A stretch of DNA of 64,000 bases, taken from the NCBI GenBank assembly GCA_043228905.1, contig JBHGNT010000003.1:11408001-11472000 (forward strand), read 5' to 3'. Source of the stretch: Azolla caroliniana. Taxonomy: Eukaryota > Plantae > Polypodiophyta. Below are positions 24,656 to 36,459 of this stretch, piece by piece. The first letter of the stretch is position 1; every line of letters begins with the position of its first letter. The position numbers and the translations under genes are program-made. The notes under the pieces are model-generated. The model did not search any database. It had not been told where the DNA came from and saw only the letters and a list, made by a program, of their open reading frames with translations.

Positions 24656-25299
24656 CTTGGTGGTCGTCCTCACATTTTTGTGAGGATGGCGTAGTCACCA
24701 TCCTTTTACAATATTTATTTATTTATTTTTGTTATCCTTGTTGGTCACCTTGATTTCATGATGTATAACAACGAAACAAGCATAGCCACAATGAGGTTGT
24801 GAGTGTAAGGGTTTGATCCACTTCATGTGAGGTCACCCCTATGACACACACATCCAACATCCCTCACTTGTTACATGATTACGATGCTACCATGAGATCA
24901 TGATGTAACCATGTGATGGGCCACGTAGGCCTAATACGAAAAGATGACTAGTGTTCGCTTGACCATTAGGTTGCTCCTTATGGTGTGCCATTGTAATGAC
25001 GAGACTTGAGGTTGGATATTGCACCAACATAGTTGTCTAGTTAATGAGGGGGAAATGAGGTTTCTAGACACATATGTTTTCTTTTGAAAAACATATATGG
25101 GCAAATGTCTTTGCATATCCCTCATAGTTTAGCATAAAGACTAAATAGTCAACAAGGGCAAACCATTTGGTTAGCTCAAGTGTTTAATGGATTTGGTCTC
25201 AAGTTCAAATATGACCAAGACCGTATAGCATGATTGATTCATATGAATATAAAAAATGTTTAGACTTCAGGTCTAACTGGATTTCGGGGTCCTCGTAAT

Positions 25300-25657
25300 A
25301 GGACTTAAAGAGACGAAACCACATGGGTGGGCATAGAGACATAGTTTATTGTTATCATTTTTTCGTGTATAAACTATTCATGACACGAACATACATGGTT
25401 GAGCCTCGGGGAGCTGCCATGAAAAAATCGATATAGAGATCAGGGAAAGACATTCATTTGTCACCCCCATGGTTTTTAAAACACCTTTGTGTTACCATAG
25501 TAACCTGATCTTAAATCTCATCTCATATGTCTAGAGGGGTATTTATGTGAGATCATGATATCGATTAATGTTTGCCCATGATGTGTTTACATCACGACAT
25601 TATGTTATGGCTCTTTGTCTAACCATATCCTATTTCTTTGCCAAAAATTATCATTCA
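25300..25657 (+). promoter_or_regulatory. Candidate structured cis-acting RNA in the Gypsy G 5' leader (second copy ~63110-63470, minus)
   Basis: Nested complementary segments and high identity between the two copies; see findings. Confidence 0.6.
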
Positions 25658-28330
25658 ATGGCTCATAATAACGACCCGATGACATCCATCCAAGGAAATC
25701 CTCCTTAGGGCAATCCCCATTGAGTCTTGTTTTTTACAAATACAAAATTTCCTTAATTCTACCTTGAACGAAAATTTTGAACTTTGGCAATCTCATAGTG
25801 CTCTTGAGTCACGTGTCATTAGTATACAACATGATACTAATAGACCTGATAAACATCAAGGTGAACCATCATTTGTTGTAAAGCCATTTACAGAAGAAAA
25901 AAAGGAAATAACCGAAGATGCAATATGCACGTGGCTGGGCCAATGGGAGTCTCATTTTGAGCTCTATTGCAAGCTAGATTCTAAATGAAGATTGCATATG
26001 TTGGTCGAGAACTAGGGGTAAGGCCATGGCGTGGGCTCTACACTCTAGGGAAATTGCCAGATACTTGGATAGACTTTGTCAAGGTTTTCAAGGGTCAATT
26101 TTTGCAACCGCCATCTTGAACCGAGGCAACACAAACTTTAATGAACCTCTCTAGCCAGAAGTTTTCCTCGCTAAAAGATTATGTTCACCATGCTAGAACC
26201 CAAATTCAAAAATCGGGTCTAGAAGGGGACAATTGGTTGATCACTTGTTTTGTCAATGGCATCCCCAATTCGGACTATCACTGGATAGTGCACGATAAGA
26301 ATATAAAATCCTTTGAAGAGGCCATTGAAATAGTTCTTTGTTATCGACACACTTCGAATAAGTACCATAACAAACCCAAACCGTCCGGGACTAAGCAGTC
26401 GCAATTCGCTGGGAAACGCAAGACACCCAACGAATTCATGAATCGCGATTGTAAGAGACAAAATCCTTTTTGTGTGTTCTGCAAAAAGAAGTGTCATACA
26501 AAAGAGCAATGTTGAAAGCTCCAACGAAAAGAGCATGACAACAAAACCAAAGTTGCAAACCATACATGTCAGATTCTTGATGTCCTGTTGATGTATGGTT
26601 TTCAACCACGAGCCTCGATTGATGTTAATATACATTATGATGAGTTGCGAAGTACGCAAAACTTTCTTCGGGATATGCAAGATATGATGCATATTGCACG
26701 AGATAATATAAAACCAACTCAAGATAGAGCACATTTTTATGCCGATCATAATAGGCAACCTCGTGTATTGAACCCTGGATAGAAGGTATTTTTACGTGTA
26801 CCTTACAATTCTAAGACATTGTCTACGGGTAATTGTGCTAAGTTAGCCCCACGGTTTTGTGGACCTTTTACAGTCCTCAAATGCATTGTTTCATCAGCCT
26901 ATCGTCTCGCTCTTCCTAATGACGTTGAAATCCATCTAGTTTTTCATGTAAGTCGTCTAAAAAAACTTCTTGGTTTTGACGAAAATATAGTTACAACTAA
27001 AACTTTGGTTACTTCTGAAGAATTATCTTCTAAACTACATGTAATAGAGAGAATTCTTGATTTTAAAACAAAACATTTGCATTCTAAAATAATACGAGAA
27101 TTTAAAATTAAATGGTTGGATAAATTTATAAGAGATGCTACATGGGAATGAGAAATTACTCTCACTTCCCTAACTTTTCATTGCAAGAGTGCAATGTTTT
27201 AAAGAGGCATGACCATATAATATCCCATGGTAAGATTGTACCGTAGTATTCTATACACGTGGATAAAGTGTGAAGGTTAAACGAGAGTGTAAAGAAGGGA
27301 GGATTAATTTTAATCCTAGGAATTGGGACAACCCATAAGGGCCAAGTGTGAACTTGCCTGGGGGCCTTAGCTCCGGCTATAAATATGAGGGCTAGCTACC
27401 CTCATTAGGAGATCATTATCGACTACGTTGAGACTCTGCTCTTGTGGTGATAAACTCTTGTAGCGTGTGTGCCAATATAGGTACGACTTGACGCCATGAC
27501 GGTGGTACGGGACACCCATTGAGGCTCAAGTCTATCTCGATCCCTTCACTCGGGGATGGTCAGGTGGATCGACACCCTTCTTTCTCTCTCCTCTCGATAT
27601 TATTACCTTATATTTCCTTATCATACACTAACATTAGGATTAAGCTCTAACACGCACAACTCCTTGATCTTCAAAGTGTAACTTCCAATCGACATATCCC
27701 TCTGTTCAATGCTATTCAACTCTTGTCGGAGTTGAAGTTTTCGTGTTGATGTATTGGCCGCAAATATCTTCTTGAGGTTCCCCCATGCCTCCTTCAACAT
27801 TTTGGCCTCCCGGATATAGTTGAGCATGTGATCATGAATGCATGATGCTAAGTAGTACAACACACAGTTTGCCACTTGCTCCCATGCTGGGTAGTTGGCG
27901 TGTGCTGGGTTGGGTTGAGATTCTTGTGCTTGGATATAACTCCAATAACCTTGGCTGACAAGGTATTGATGCATCTTGTATTCCCAAGATGCAAAGCTGT
28001 TTCTATCCAACTTTTCATTGGGAAGGGAGTTGCCCATCTGAGTGTTTATGATGGTCGACCGGTTGGTGTTATTCTTTTTCTTCTTCTTTATGATACAAAC
28101 TGTGTAGGGTTGCCACGACAATGGTAGGTCCATTCTTCATGAACGTTGGTGTATAAAAAACACACACGGATAGGCTTAGATCAAGCTACCTATCACTCTG
28201 ATATCATGTGTAGAATCAAGTGTGATTCTGTGCTGTGGAAAGAGTATGTGTGTGTATAAGAGAGAGAGGGAGAGAGAAAGAGAGAGAAAGAGAGGAAGAC
28301 ACAAATATACATATAAAACTAGAAAACTGT

Positions 28331-31300
28331 TGTAAAAAGTTTCGTATGCAGAAGCTTATGAACAACATAGTCGACTTAGCCACAGTTAGGTAAAACACAA
28401 CAAAAATACAGTAAGCGGGAGCGGGAGAGATAGAGAGAGCAGAAGACAAAACTTAGATCATTCAAAAAATAATACGCTCTGTACATATGACTGTGCTCAG
28501 TGGGCACTTTTATACAAGGCCTGACAGTGGGCTGACACAAGTACCATCAATACTTGACCGCTCATAAAGAACCTACGACCTAACTCCCTAAAATATTCCT
28601 AATACTAAGACTAGGAATATAGGCTCTAACGGCCTATCAGCCTAATCCTAGGCTGACCCAACTGTCGGCTTATTCAACCGACTACCCTCAGCCACCTCGC
28701 TTGGCGGCTTCTTCAACCGAGACCAACCTGTTAGGATTGTGACCGGCCACAACCGATTACTCGTATGTATATTCGAGTGCAAAGAATTGAGTAAGACAAT
28801 GCTCAAACAAAAAAAATGAGAAAGCAGAAAACACAAGTATAGAGACACAAGATTTAACATGGAAAACCCGAAAGGGAAAAACCAAGTGGAGTCCTCGAAC
28901 TCCGGACAGATCACTATACGGTAGGAGGAATATACAATAAGAAACTCGAAGGCAACGGCCTTGAGTTCTTCTTCATCAACAGACGTTTACAGAGTTATAA
29001 CTCTGTTCTCAGTTTCCTACTATCACTCAAACTCAGTTACAGTGGCAACTACCACAATGTAACTATACAACAATAATGACTCACCCTAATGATACTACCA
29101 TAATGTTTTCCCTAGTTGTATTTATACTTATACAACTCTTTGGCTATTTACAGATATAGCCCACATTGGGCACATTTAGACTATTTACAATTATAGTCTC
29201 TCGAATCGGTTATATAATCGATTTTCGATTTCAATCTCGGCCTATCAGCCTCGACCAAATTGTCCATAGACTCCATCCAATTCGACTCTCACTCTTCCCA
29301 TCCGGAGGGACATGTTTCCCAACATGGTCTACCAGCCTTTTACTGATCCGGCTCATGTTGAGCTTGTCTCTCAACAATCCCCCTCAAGCTCAACTTGAGC
29401 TTCCTCCTGATTTGCAGTTTCTTTGCTCCAAATTCTGAGGGTTTCATGCCTCCTTGCTCGTGGTCCACGACTTGTCTAGTCTCGTCCTCTTCGACCTCTT
29501 TGGTCGGCTTGTCTGCTCCCTTGCTGTTGTGGCATAGGCGCCCCTCGATCTGTCGGGTCCTCCGTATCAGTGTTAGCTTTGGCTGCCTCCTTGTCCACTT
29601 GGCCTTCTCAAGATTTGTCTCATCTTGATCACTCTTCTCTACCGAATCAGCTGTTTTCGATTGGTGTTCTACTAGACCTTTGACCACATCCAACCATGTC
29701 CTGGTCCTGGCCTCCATTCTTTGTTTGGCTCTGCCCTTGTTGGCTCTGCCTCCTACCTTGCCTTCTTCGGCTAGGTCTCCCCCTTTTTTGGTCGCTCCCG
29801 TTGCATCTATCCTCGCATTCTTTAGTCATCCCGAACTCGAACTCTTCATCCAATTCGGTTTTCCGGATCCATGTCGAGAAGTTGCAAGACAAGCACACTT
29901 GAGAAATGCCGCAACTTGTCCAAGCCGAGGGGTTTGGTGAAGATGCCGGCCAGCTGCCGATCAGTCGGAACATATTGTAGTTCCACTTCACCAGAGAGAA
30001 CACGCTCGCACACAAAGTGATAATGCACTTCTATGTGCTTGGTTCGGGCGTGGAAGAAGGGGTTCTTAACTAGTTGGATGCTACCGAGGTTGTCGTAATA
30101 GATCGTCGTCGGATCAGAAATCGCCACCTGCAAATCCTTCAGTAGCCATTTGAGCCATATGGCTTCGCATGTAACGACAACCACGCCTCTGTATTCGGCC
30201 TCAGTGCTCGATAGTGCCACTATTGGCTACTTTCTGCTGCACCAACTGACCACTGCATTTCCTAAAGAGAAAGCATATCCAGATGTAGATCGACGATCGC
30301 CTGCGCTTCTGGCCCAATCAGTATTTGTGTAGCCAACCAACTTTCTGGCTACACCTACATGATACAACAACCCAAAATCCTTCATGCCGCTCACATATCA
30401 CATGATTCGATGTACGCACTGAAGGTGATTGGATGTTGGCTACGACATAAATTGATTGATTAAGCCAATCGTATAATTGAGGTTCAGTCGGGTGATGGTC
30501 AAGTAGATGAGGCTTCCGACAATATGTCAGAACTGTGTTCGGTCGCACGCCGTTGTTGATCCATGGCAAAGCTTGACATTCCTGTCAAGAGGAGTTGAGA
30601 TGGATTTACAATCCATCATGCCAAACTTGAAGATCATATTCAACACATAATGGTGTTGGCTGATCAATATGCCTTTGGGGGTTCAGATCACTTCGATCCC
30701 AAGGAAGTAGTGAAGGTCCCCCAAATCCTTCATCTCAAACGATGCTGTTAACAAAGACCTCACGCGATTGATTTCTTCTAGGTCGGCACCAGCAATGACT
30801 AAATCATCAACATATAGCAGAATGCTAACCGACCCACTTTGATCTTGTCGGATGAACAATGAAGAATCCGACTTGGACGACGTAAACCCCATCTTACGCA
30901 AACATTGCGTAATTTTGGCATTCCAAGTTGCAGGGTTTTTCTTGAGTCCGTAAAGGGACTTCTTCAGTCGGAAAATTGCCGATGTGTTCAATTCGGATGG
31001 AAATCCGGGGGGCTGTATCGTGTACACTTGTTCCTAAAGCTCGCCTTGCAAGAATGCATTCTTTACATCCATCTAATGTAGATCCCACCCCTTCTCTGTT
31101 GCTACAACCAACAACACACGAATGGTTGTCACCTTTGCGACCGGCGCAAACGTCTCATCGTAATCGATGGCATGTTATTGCACATAGCCCTTTGCCACCA
31201 ATCGGGCCTTGTATCGGTTGACCAAGTCCCATGTCTCGTTGTCGGCTAGAGTGTGTATCTCTTCCTCCATGGCAACTCTCCACTTGGCGTCCTGTGCCGC

Positions 31301-33271
31301 CTCCGCGTAGCTCTCTGGCGCTCGTATCTCCACCACTTTGCTCATGTACACATAATGATGCGCCATGTACTCATTATACCCGTACCTGATGACAGGGTTC
31401 TTCTGGTGAGATGATTGGCGCAACACCTCGTTGGCCATCTTCAAGGCCCTTCTAGTCGAATTTTTCTTCAATTCCTCAGGACCTCCATCAATAAGAATGG
31501 CTCCGTTGAACTTGCGTTTGTTCGACATGCCCGTATTGGTGCCATATCCCAACATCTTTTTCTTTCCCTTTTCCTTGTGTGTAAGCCCCGTCCTCTGCTT
31601 CTGGCATGGAGACTGCAAGGATGAGTCCTCGTTGCTTGATGGCATGCCAATTTGCTGGTCATCCGGACTCAGCTCCTCATTCGGCCCACTTAGCCAGACT
31701 GATATCAGACTCTCGAGAGTGCTGATGCCTTCTTCATCTAGGGGCATCTCAGACTCACTGGACTCATCCTCAGAATTCAGAATGGGGTCGATAGGGGTTG
31801 GAGATGGATGCAAGTACCATGAAGCTGATTCGTCCAATATGACATCTCGACTAGCTCGGACCTGTTTGTTTGGGGGTTATCGCATTTATAACCCTTTTGC
31901 TCGTCCGAGTAGCCGACTAAAATGCACTTCTCGGACTCCGCATCCAGGTTCTTCCTCTTCTCGTTCGGCACATGTATGCACATATGCAATGTTGCCGAAC
32001 ACCCTCAAGTGTGCCAAGTTTTACATCTTCTTGAAGTATAACTCATGTGGCGACACTTTACCTCCAGTTGTAGACGTCCGATTCTGAAGGTATAGGACTG
32101 TTTTGACTGCGCCAGCCCAGTAGAACTTGGGAATGTTCTTCTCCTCGAGCATTGCCCTTGCCGCTTCTTCGATCATCCGGTTCTCCCTCTTGGCCATCGT
32201 TTTGCTATGATGTGTATCTGCAGGAGAATTCACACCAAATTCCTTCCTTCTGTAGATAATTAGCAAATTGGTTGGAAAAATAGTATTTTCGCAATCAGAC
32301 CTGAGGCACTTGATCTTTCTACATGTCTCCCATTCAGCAAGGCTCTTAACCTTCAAGAAGCAAGAGAAGACTTCACGCTTCTTCTCAATCAAGCACACCC
32401 AAATGTGTTGAGTGTAGTCATCGATGAATGTTACAAAGTAACGACTTCCTACGATGCTCACATTCTGTGTCAATCCCCACACATCCAAATGGATTAAATC
32501 GAGCTTGTTACGACTCCGGTTTTGTTCCCTAGGGAATGGATGTCGATGTTGCTTCCCGTGTTGACAAGCTTGACATAATTGGCCTTTTTGGCTATTGAAC
32601 TTAGGCAGGCCAAAGACTATTTGTTTCAACTGCATCACCTGAAGCTTTGGGAAGTTGATGTCGTCGAACTGCTTATGCCATAGGTCGACGTCTGACTCGA
32701 TCTTTTGCCCTTTGGCAAACATATCAGTGCTTACGTCGTTCATCTCGAGGATGAACATCCTCCCTTCTAGGTGCCCTTGTGCAATGATCTTTCCTTCTTC
32801 TTCGATGAAGCATCTGTCATGAGTGAACCGAACCTGCATACCTTGGTCGACGATTTGACCGACCGACACCAGGATCTTGGTTATCATTGGGGTGTGCAAC
32901 TTACGGGCTATGGTGCTAGCAGCGAAGACTCTCTTCAGGTTCCCCTAGGCATCATTTGAAAACTTTGCATCCCTTATGTACCAAAACATCTAATAGTGAA
33001 CACATGAGGCGAAGTAATACAAGACTCAACTTGTTGCTTATCAGTGGGCACTTTTATACAAGCCCTGACAGTGGGCTGACACAAGTATCGTCAGTACTTG
33101 GATGCTCATAAAGAGCCTACGACCTAACTCCCTAAAATATTCCTAATACTAAGACTAGGAATAGGCTCTAACGACCTATCAGCCTCATCCTAGGCTAACC
33201 CAACTACCCTTAGCCGCCTCGCTGGCAGCTTCTTTAGCCGATCTGGCTCATGTTGAGTTTTTCTCTCAACA
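28331..33271 (-). mobile_element. Copia family A element A2, inserted in the C1 5' LTR
   Basis: TSD ACTGT/ACTGT. 3' LTR 28331-29376 and partial 5' LTR ~33040-33271. IN at 32021-32899 (DVWG, YFVTFIDDY), RT at 30683-31027, RH at 29846-30332. Most of gag is deleted. Confidence 0.92.
28729..29324 (-). mobile_element. Copia-type solo LTR (family D) inside the A2 3' LTR
   Basis: TGTTAGG...TTCCCAACA; absent from the other A2 LTR and homologous to 24125-24655. Confidence 0.8.
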
Positions 33272-35424
33272 ACTGTATTAATAAAAAATGAACAAAACAC
33301 TGGGTCATTTAGAACAGGTAATATGTCACATTCCTTTATTGATAAATACATGAGATGTCAATAATTACTATTTTTGAACAAACTTTCAAGAATGTATCAC
33401 GCATGCGCACACGATATTTTAAAACATCACTAAAAAATATAGTTAATATTATCAAGATTTCAAATTTAACCTATGTATCCCCACCATAATTGTAATATGC
33501 TTCATTGTACATAATGTTGAATTCGAATCCAACTTAACAAATTTAGAAATACAATTTTGTTGCTATATTTGTCTCTAAATCCTATAAATATTGTTATATT
33601 GAATTAGTAAATAGCATTTTTGGATATAACTAGAAACATATTCACAAATGAATATCGCATGATATACCACATGCCCAAAAACTACTACGAACATTATATC
33701 CTAATCATACATGAACAATGTGAATGTATTATCAAATGAGCAACAATGTGGACTTAATATTATTGTGTTTACATAGATCATACAATAAAGCTAAATTCAA
33801 TTATATTAATCAAGAAACAATTAGAACCAACATTTGTCATACTAGATAGTTCATCATCTTCTTTCAATGAAAATTATACTTAACCGCATACTTTACGAGT
33901 CAACCTTTGCAAACATATAATAGACACTTAAAGTTCGAGACACCAATCGAATAGTGTAAAGAAATGGTACTCAGACAAAAAAAATCTTATATGACAAAAC
34001 AAGTTTAGGGTTGTTGAGAATCAAACTCAACATAGTGCAACGTGTGAACACACCTTTTGAGAATCTATGATTACTCAAAGGTCAAGAGTCACACCACTAC
34101 TCTCTACGGAAAATTCGAGATGATGGACGTGAAGGAGCTCCATTACTTCCTTGGCATCGAAGTAATTCAGATTCCGACCAGCATTATGATCTCTCAACGA
34201 CACTACATCCTCAATTTGTTATACAAGTTCAAGATGACTGAGTGCAAATCGGTCGCTATGCCTCTTGATCGAAACCTCAAACTAGATGCTGACTCCGGCA
34301 CAGACGAGTGCAAGCTAACCCAATATCGTCAATTGATCGGGAGCCTCATCTATCTCACAATCACTCGACCCGACCTTAGCTATCCAGTCGGACTCCTTAG
34401 CCAATTCATGCAAACTCCGTGAGATATCCATTTCGATTGCTCTAAGAGAGTATTACGATATGTGAGCGGCACAATGGATTACGACGTTCTCTACGCATCG
34501 ACCACACCAATACGACTCGAAGGGTACACAAACGCGGACTGGGCAGGCTACAAAGCTGATCGACGATCGACCTCCAGATTTGTCTTCTCGCTCGGTAGCA
34601 GAGCAATATCTTGGAGTAGTAAGAAGCAACCTATTGTCGCACTTTCGAGTACGGAGGCCGAATACAGGGACGCAACCGTAGCTGCAAGTGAAGCCATATG
34701 GCTCAAGAGGATTTTGAAGGATCTGGGTGTTCTCATCAAGGATCTGACTCCCATTTACTGCGACAACATGAGCAGTATATATCTGGCTCCGAACCCGGTG
34801 TTCCACGCACGTACAAAGCATATTGAAGTGCACTATCACTTCATTCGAGAGAATATTAAGGCCGGAGATGTCGATCTTCTACACATCAACACAAATCTTC
34901 AGACAACCGACATCTTCACCAAGGCCCTAGGAGCCGACAAGCTTCGGCAATTCATGTCAGCCCTTGGATTGACGATCCCTGACTTGCCAAGCTTGAGGGG
35001 GAGTACAAGCGAGAACTGGATACCGTCCGAACCGGGTATGAGCCGAAGTGGACATCGGAGATCGTCTGAACCGGATACCAGCCGAAGTAGACATCAATGA
35101 AAAGGAACTGACCTAAGTTGAGCTTGAGGGGATGTGTTGAAAATCAAGCTCAACATAGTGCAATGTGTGAACACATCTTTTGAGAATTTATGATTACTCA
35201 AAGGTCAAGAGCACACCACTACTCTCTACACATTAACTATGTGTCATAGAATCATATTCTATGACACATAACTAATGAGTTACATATTCCCCATGACTAT
35301 GAGTTTTCACATTCCCCAAGAGAGAGAGTGGTCGTTGTAGTTAGTTAATGAAGAGAGAGGGTGACTATATATAAAGCACCCTCCTCATAACTCCTTCCAC
35401 TCGTCGTTTTAAGAGGAGCAATAG

Positions 35425-35843
35425 TGTCATGAATCCATGAACATTATGCTTCACTTGGACTAGAACCTAGGACTTCGTATTACGAAATTCGAAGCCTAAC
35501 CATTAAGGTAACCTATCAGGACGTGAAATGATAAAGGATACTTTTCATAGTGATTATTGTATCAGAGAAACTTCTAGAATTTCCTAGAACATTCTAGAAA
35601 TCTTCTGGTACATCTTAGAATATTCTAGGTCCGGAACATTCTAGAAATCTCTAAGCTATTCTATAGAAACCTATAAATAGAGACAAATAAATCATATCAA
35701 ATAAGTTTGAATCAACACTAGTCTTCAGCTCCAAGCCTAGCTTGTATCCAACTCATCTTTGTACTCATTCTATTCTAATAAACCCACTCTTCTCTTATGA
35801 ATCCATTCTCCTCTCTTCTTCTATTCTCTTATACCTTCCTTCA
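35425..35843 (+). mobile_element. Solo LTR (family T2) with TTCTAGA repeats, inserted in the C2 3' LTR
   Basis: TG...CA ends, 4-bp TSD ATAG/ATAG, TATA box CTATAAATA at ~35671, AATAAA at ~35777. Confidence 0.8.
35451..35514 (-). promoter_or_regulatory. tRNA-like A-box/B-box module in the T2 LTR
   Basis: Minus strand reads TACCTTAATGG...(43-nt start-to-start)...GGTTCTAGTCC, with D-like, anticodon-like (CTTCG/CGAAG) and T-like stems. Confidence 0.6.
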
Positions 35844-36459
35844 ATAGTTTAATCTCTTGCTTTGTTCTAACACGGGCCCTCCGGGACATATAAGAGATGA
35901 TCACGGAATAACAAACCATCTTGTATGGTGAAGTGGTCAAGGTCCGTCCTTTTGGGCATCTTGGAGGGATTTTTATCTAGAATCTCGTTGGCAAATGCAT
36001 TAGTCGTGGATGCATCGGTGATCTGTTGGAGTAACGAATCATCCTGCAACATACAAGTGGCAAAAAGATGCAATTGGTCGGGTTTCAGCAAACAACAAGA
36101 TTGTTGAGCATGAGTGACATCCCCGGGGTGAATGACAAATTCGGCCCGACAAGAAAGAGCATTAGCCTTCCCATGTTGGCCACCAGGTCGAAATACGATC
36201 TCAAAATCATAGTCGGTGAGAAATGTCGACCAACAAGCCTACCTTCGATTCAAAGTAAGAGTAGTGAAAAAATAAAATAAATTCTTATAATGAGTCACTA
36301 TCTGGACATGGTGTTGTGCTTCGGCCAAATAGGGGCGCCATTCTTCAAAGGCCGCAATGATAGCAGCAAGCTCCTTGCCGTATATTGGTTACTTGATTTC
36401 GGATGTTGTGAATTTGCGGGAGTAGTAAGCCACTGGGTGGATTATGTTGGAGTCATCAC

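Larger units (their letters stand above)
22987..27652 (+). mobile_element. Chromovirus-type Gypsy G1, internally deleted (gag fused to IN C-terminus and chromodomain)
   Basis: LTRs 22987-23441 and ~27206-27652 with perfect TSD CGCAC/CGCAC. PBS TGGTATCAAAG at 23444. Gag at 25658-~26570 has a CCHC knuckle. [10 protein letters not shown] and the chromodomain ERILDFK...KIKW...ATWE are present. PR, RT and RH are missing. Confidence 0.93.
20056..28330 (-). mobile_element. Copia element C1 (PR/IN deleted), interrupted by insertions; 3' LTR 20056-20362, 5' LTR remnant 28207-28330
   Basis: Gag at 27653-28040 and 22620-22986 (EKLDRNSFASWEYKMHQYL), RT at 20974-22145, RNase H at 20566-20898. Degenerate iMet PBS at 28195-28206. 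PPT lies next to 20363. Confidence 0.88.
34012..35872 (+). mobile_element. Deleted Copia C2: partial 5' LTR joined directly to late RT/RNase H, PPT, 3' LTR 35135-35872
   Basis: 34012-34108 repeats at 35135-35229. ORFs 34057-34422 and 34462-35100 ([18 protein letters not shown]). Confidence 0.88.

Noticed and set aside
25168-25216. tRNA-like boxes (TAGCTCAAGTG...GTTCAAAT) in the G leader
   Set aside because: The B-box is poor and the spacing differs between copies. In G2 the segment is better explained as a simple hairpin.
24900-25330. Hammerhead ribozyme (retrozyme) in the G leader
   Set aside because: CGAAA motifs occur, but I found no correctly placed CTGANGA core. A covariance-model search would be needed to exclude variants.
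33277-34011. AT-rich stretch as a possible DNA transposon relic
   Set aside because: No TIRs, TSD or recognisable ORF could be supported.
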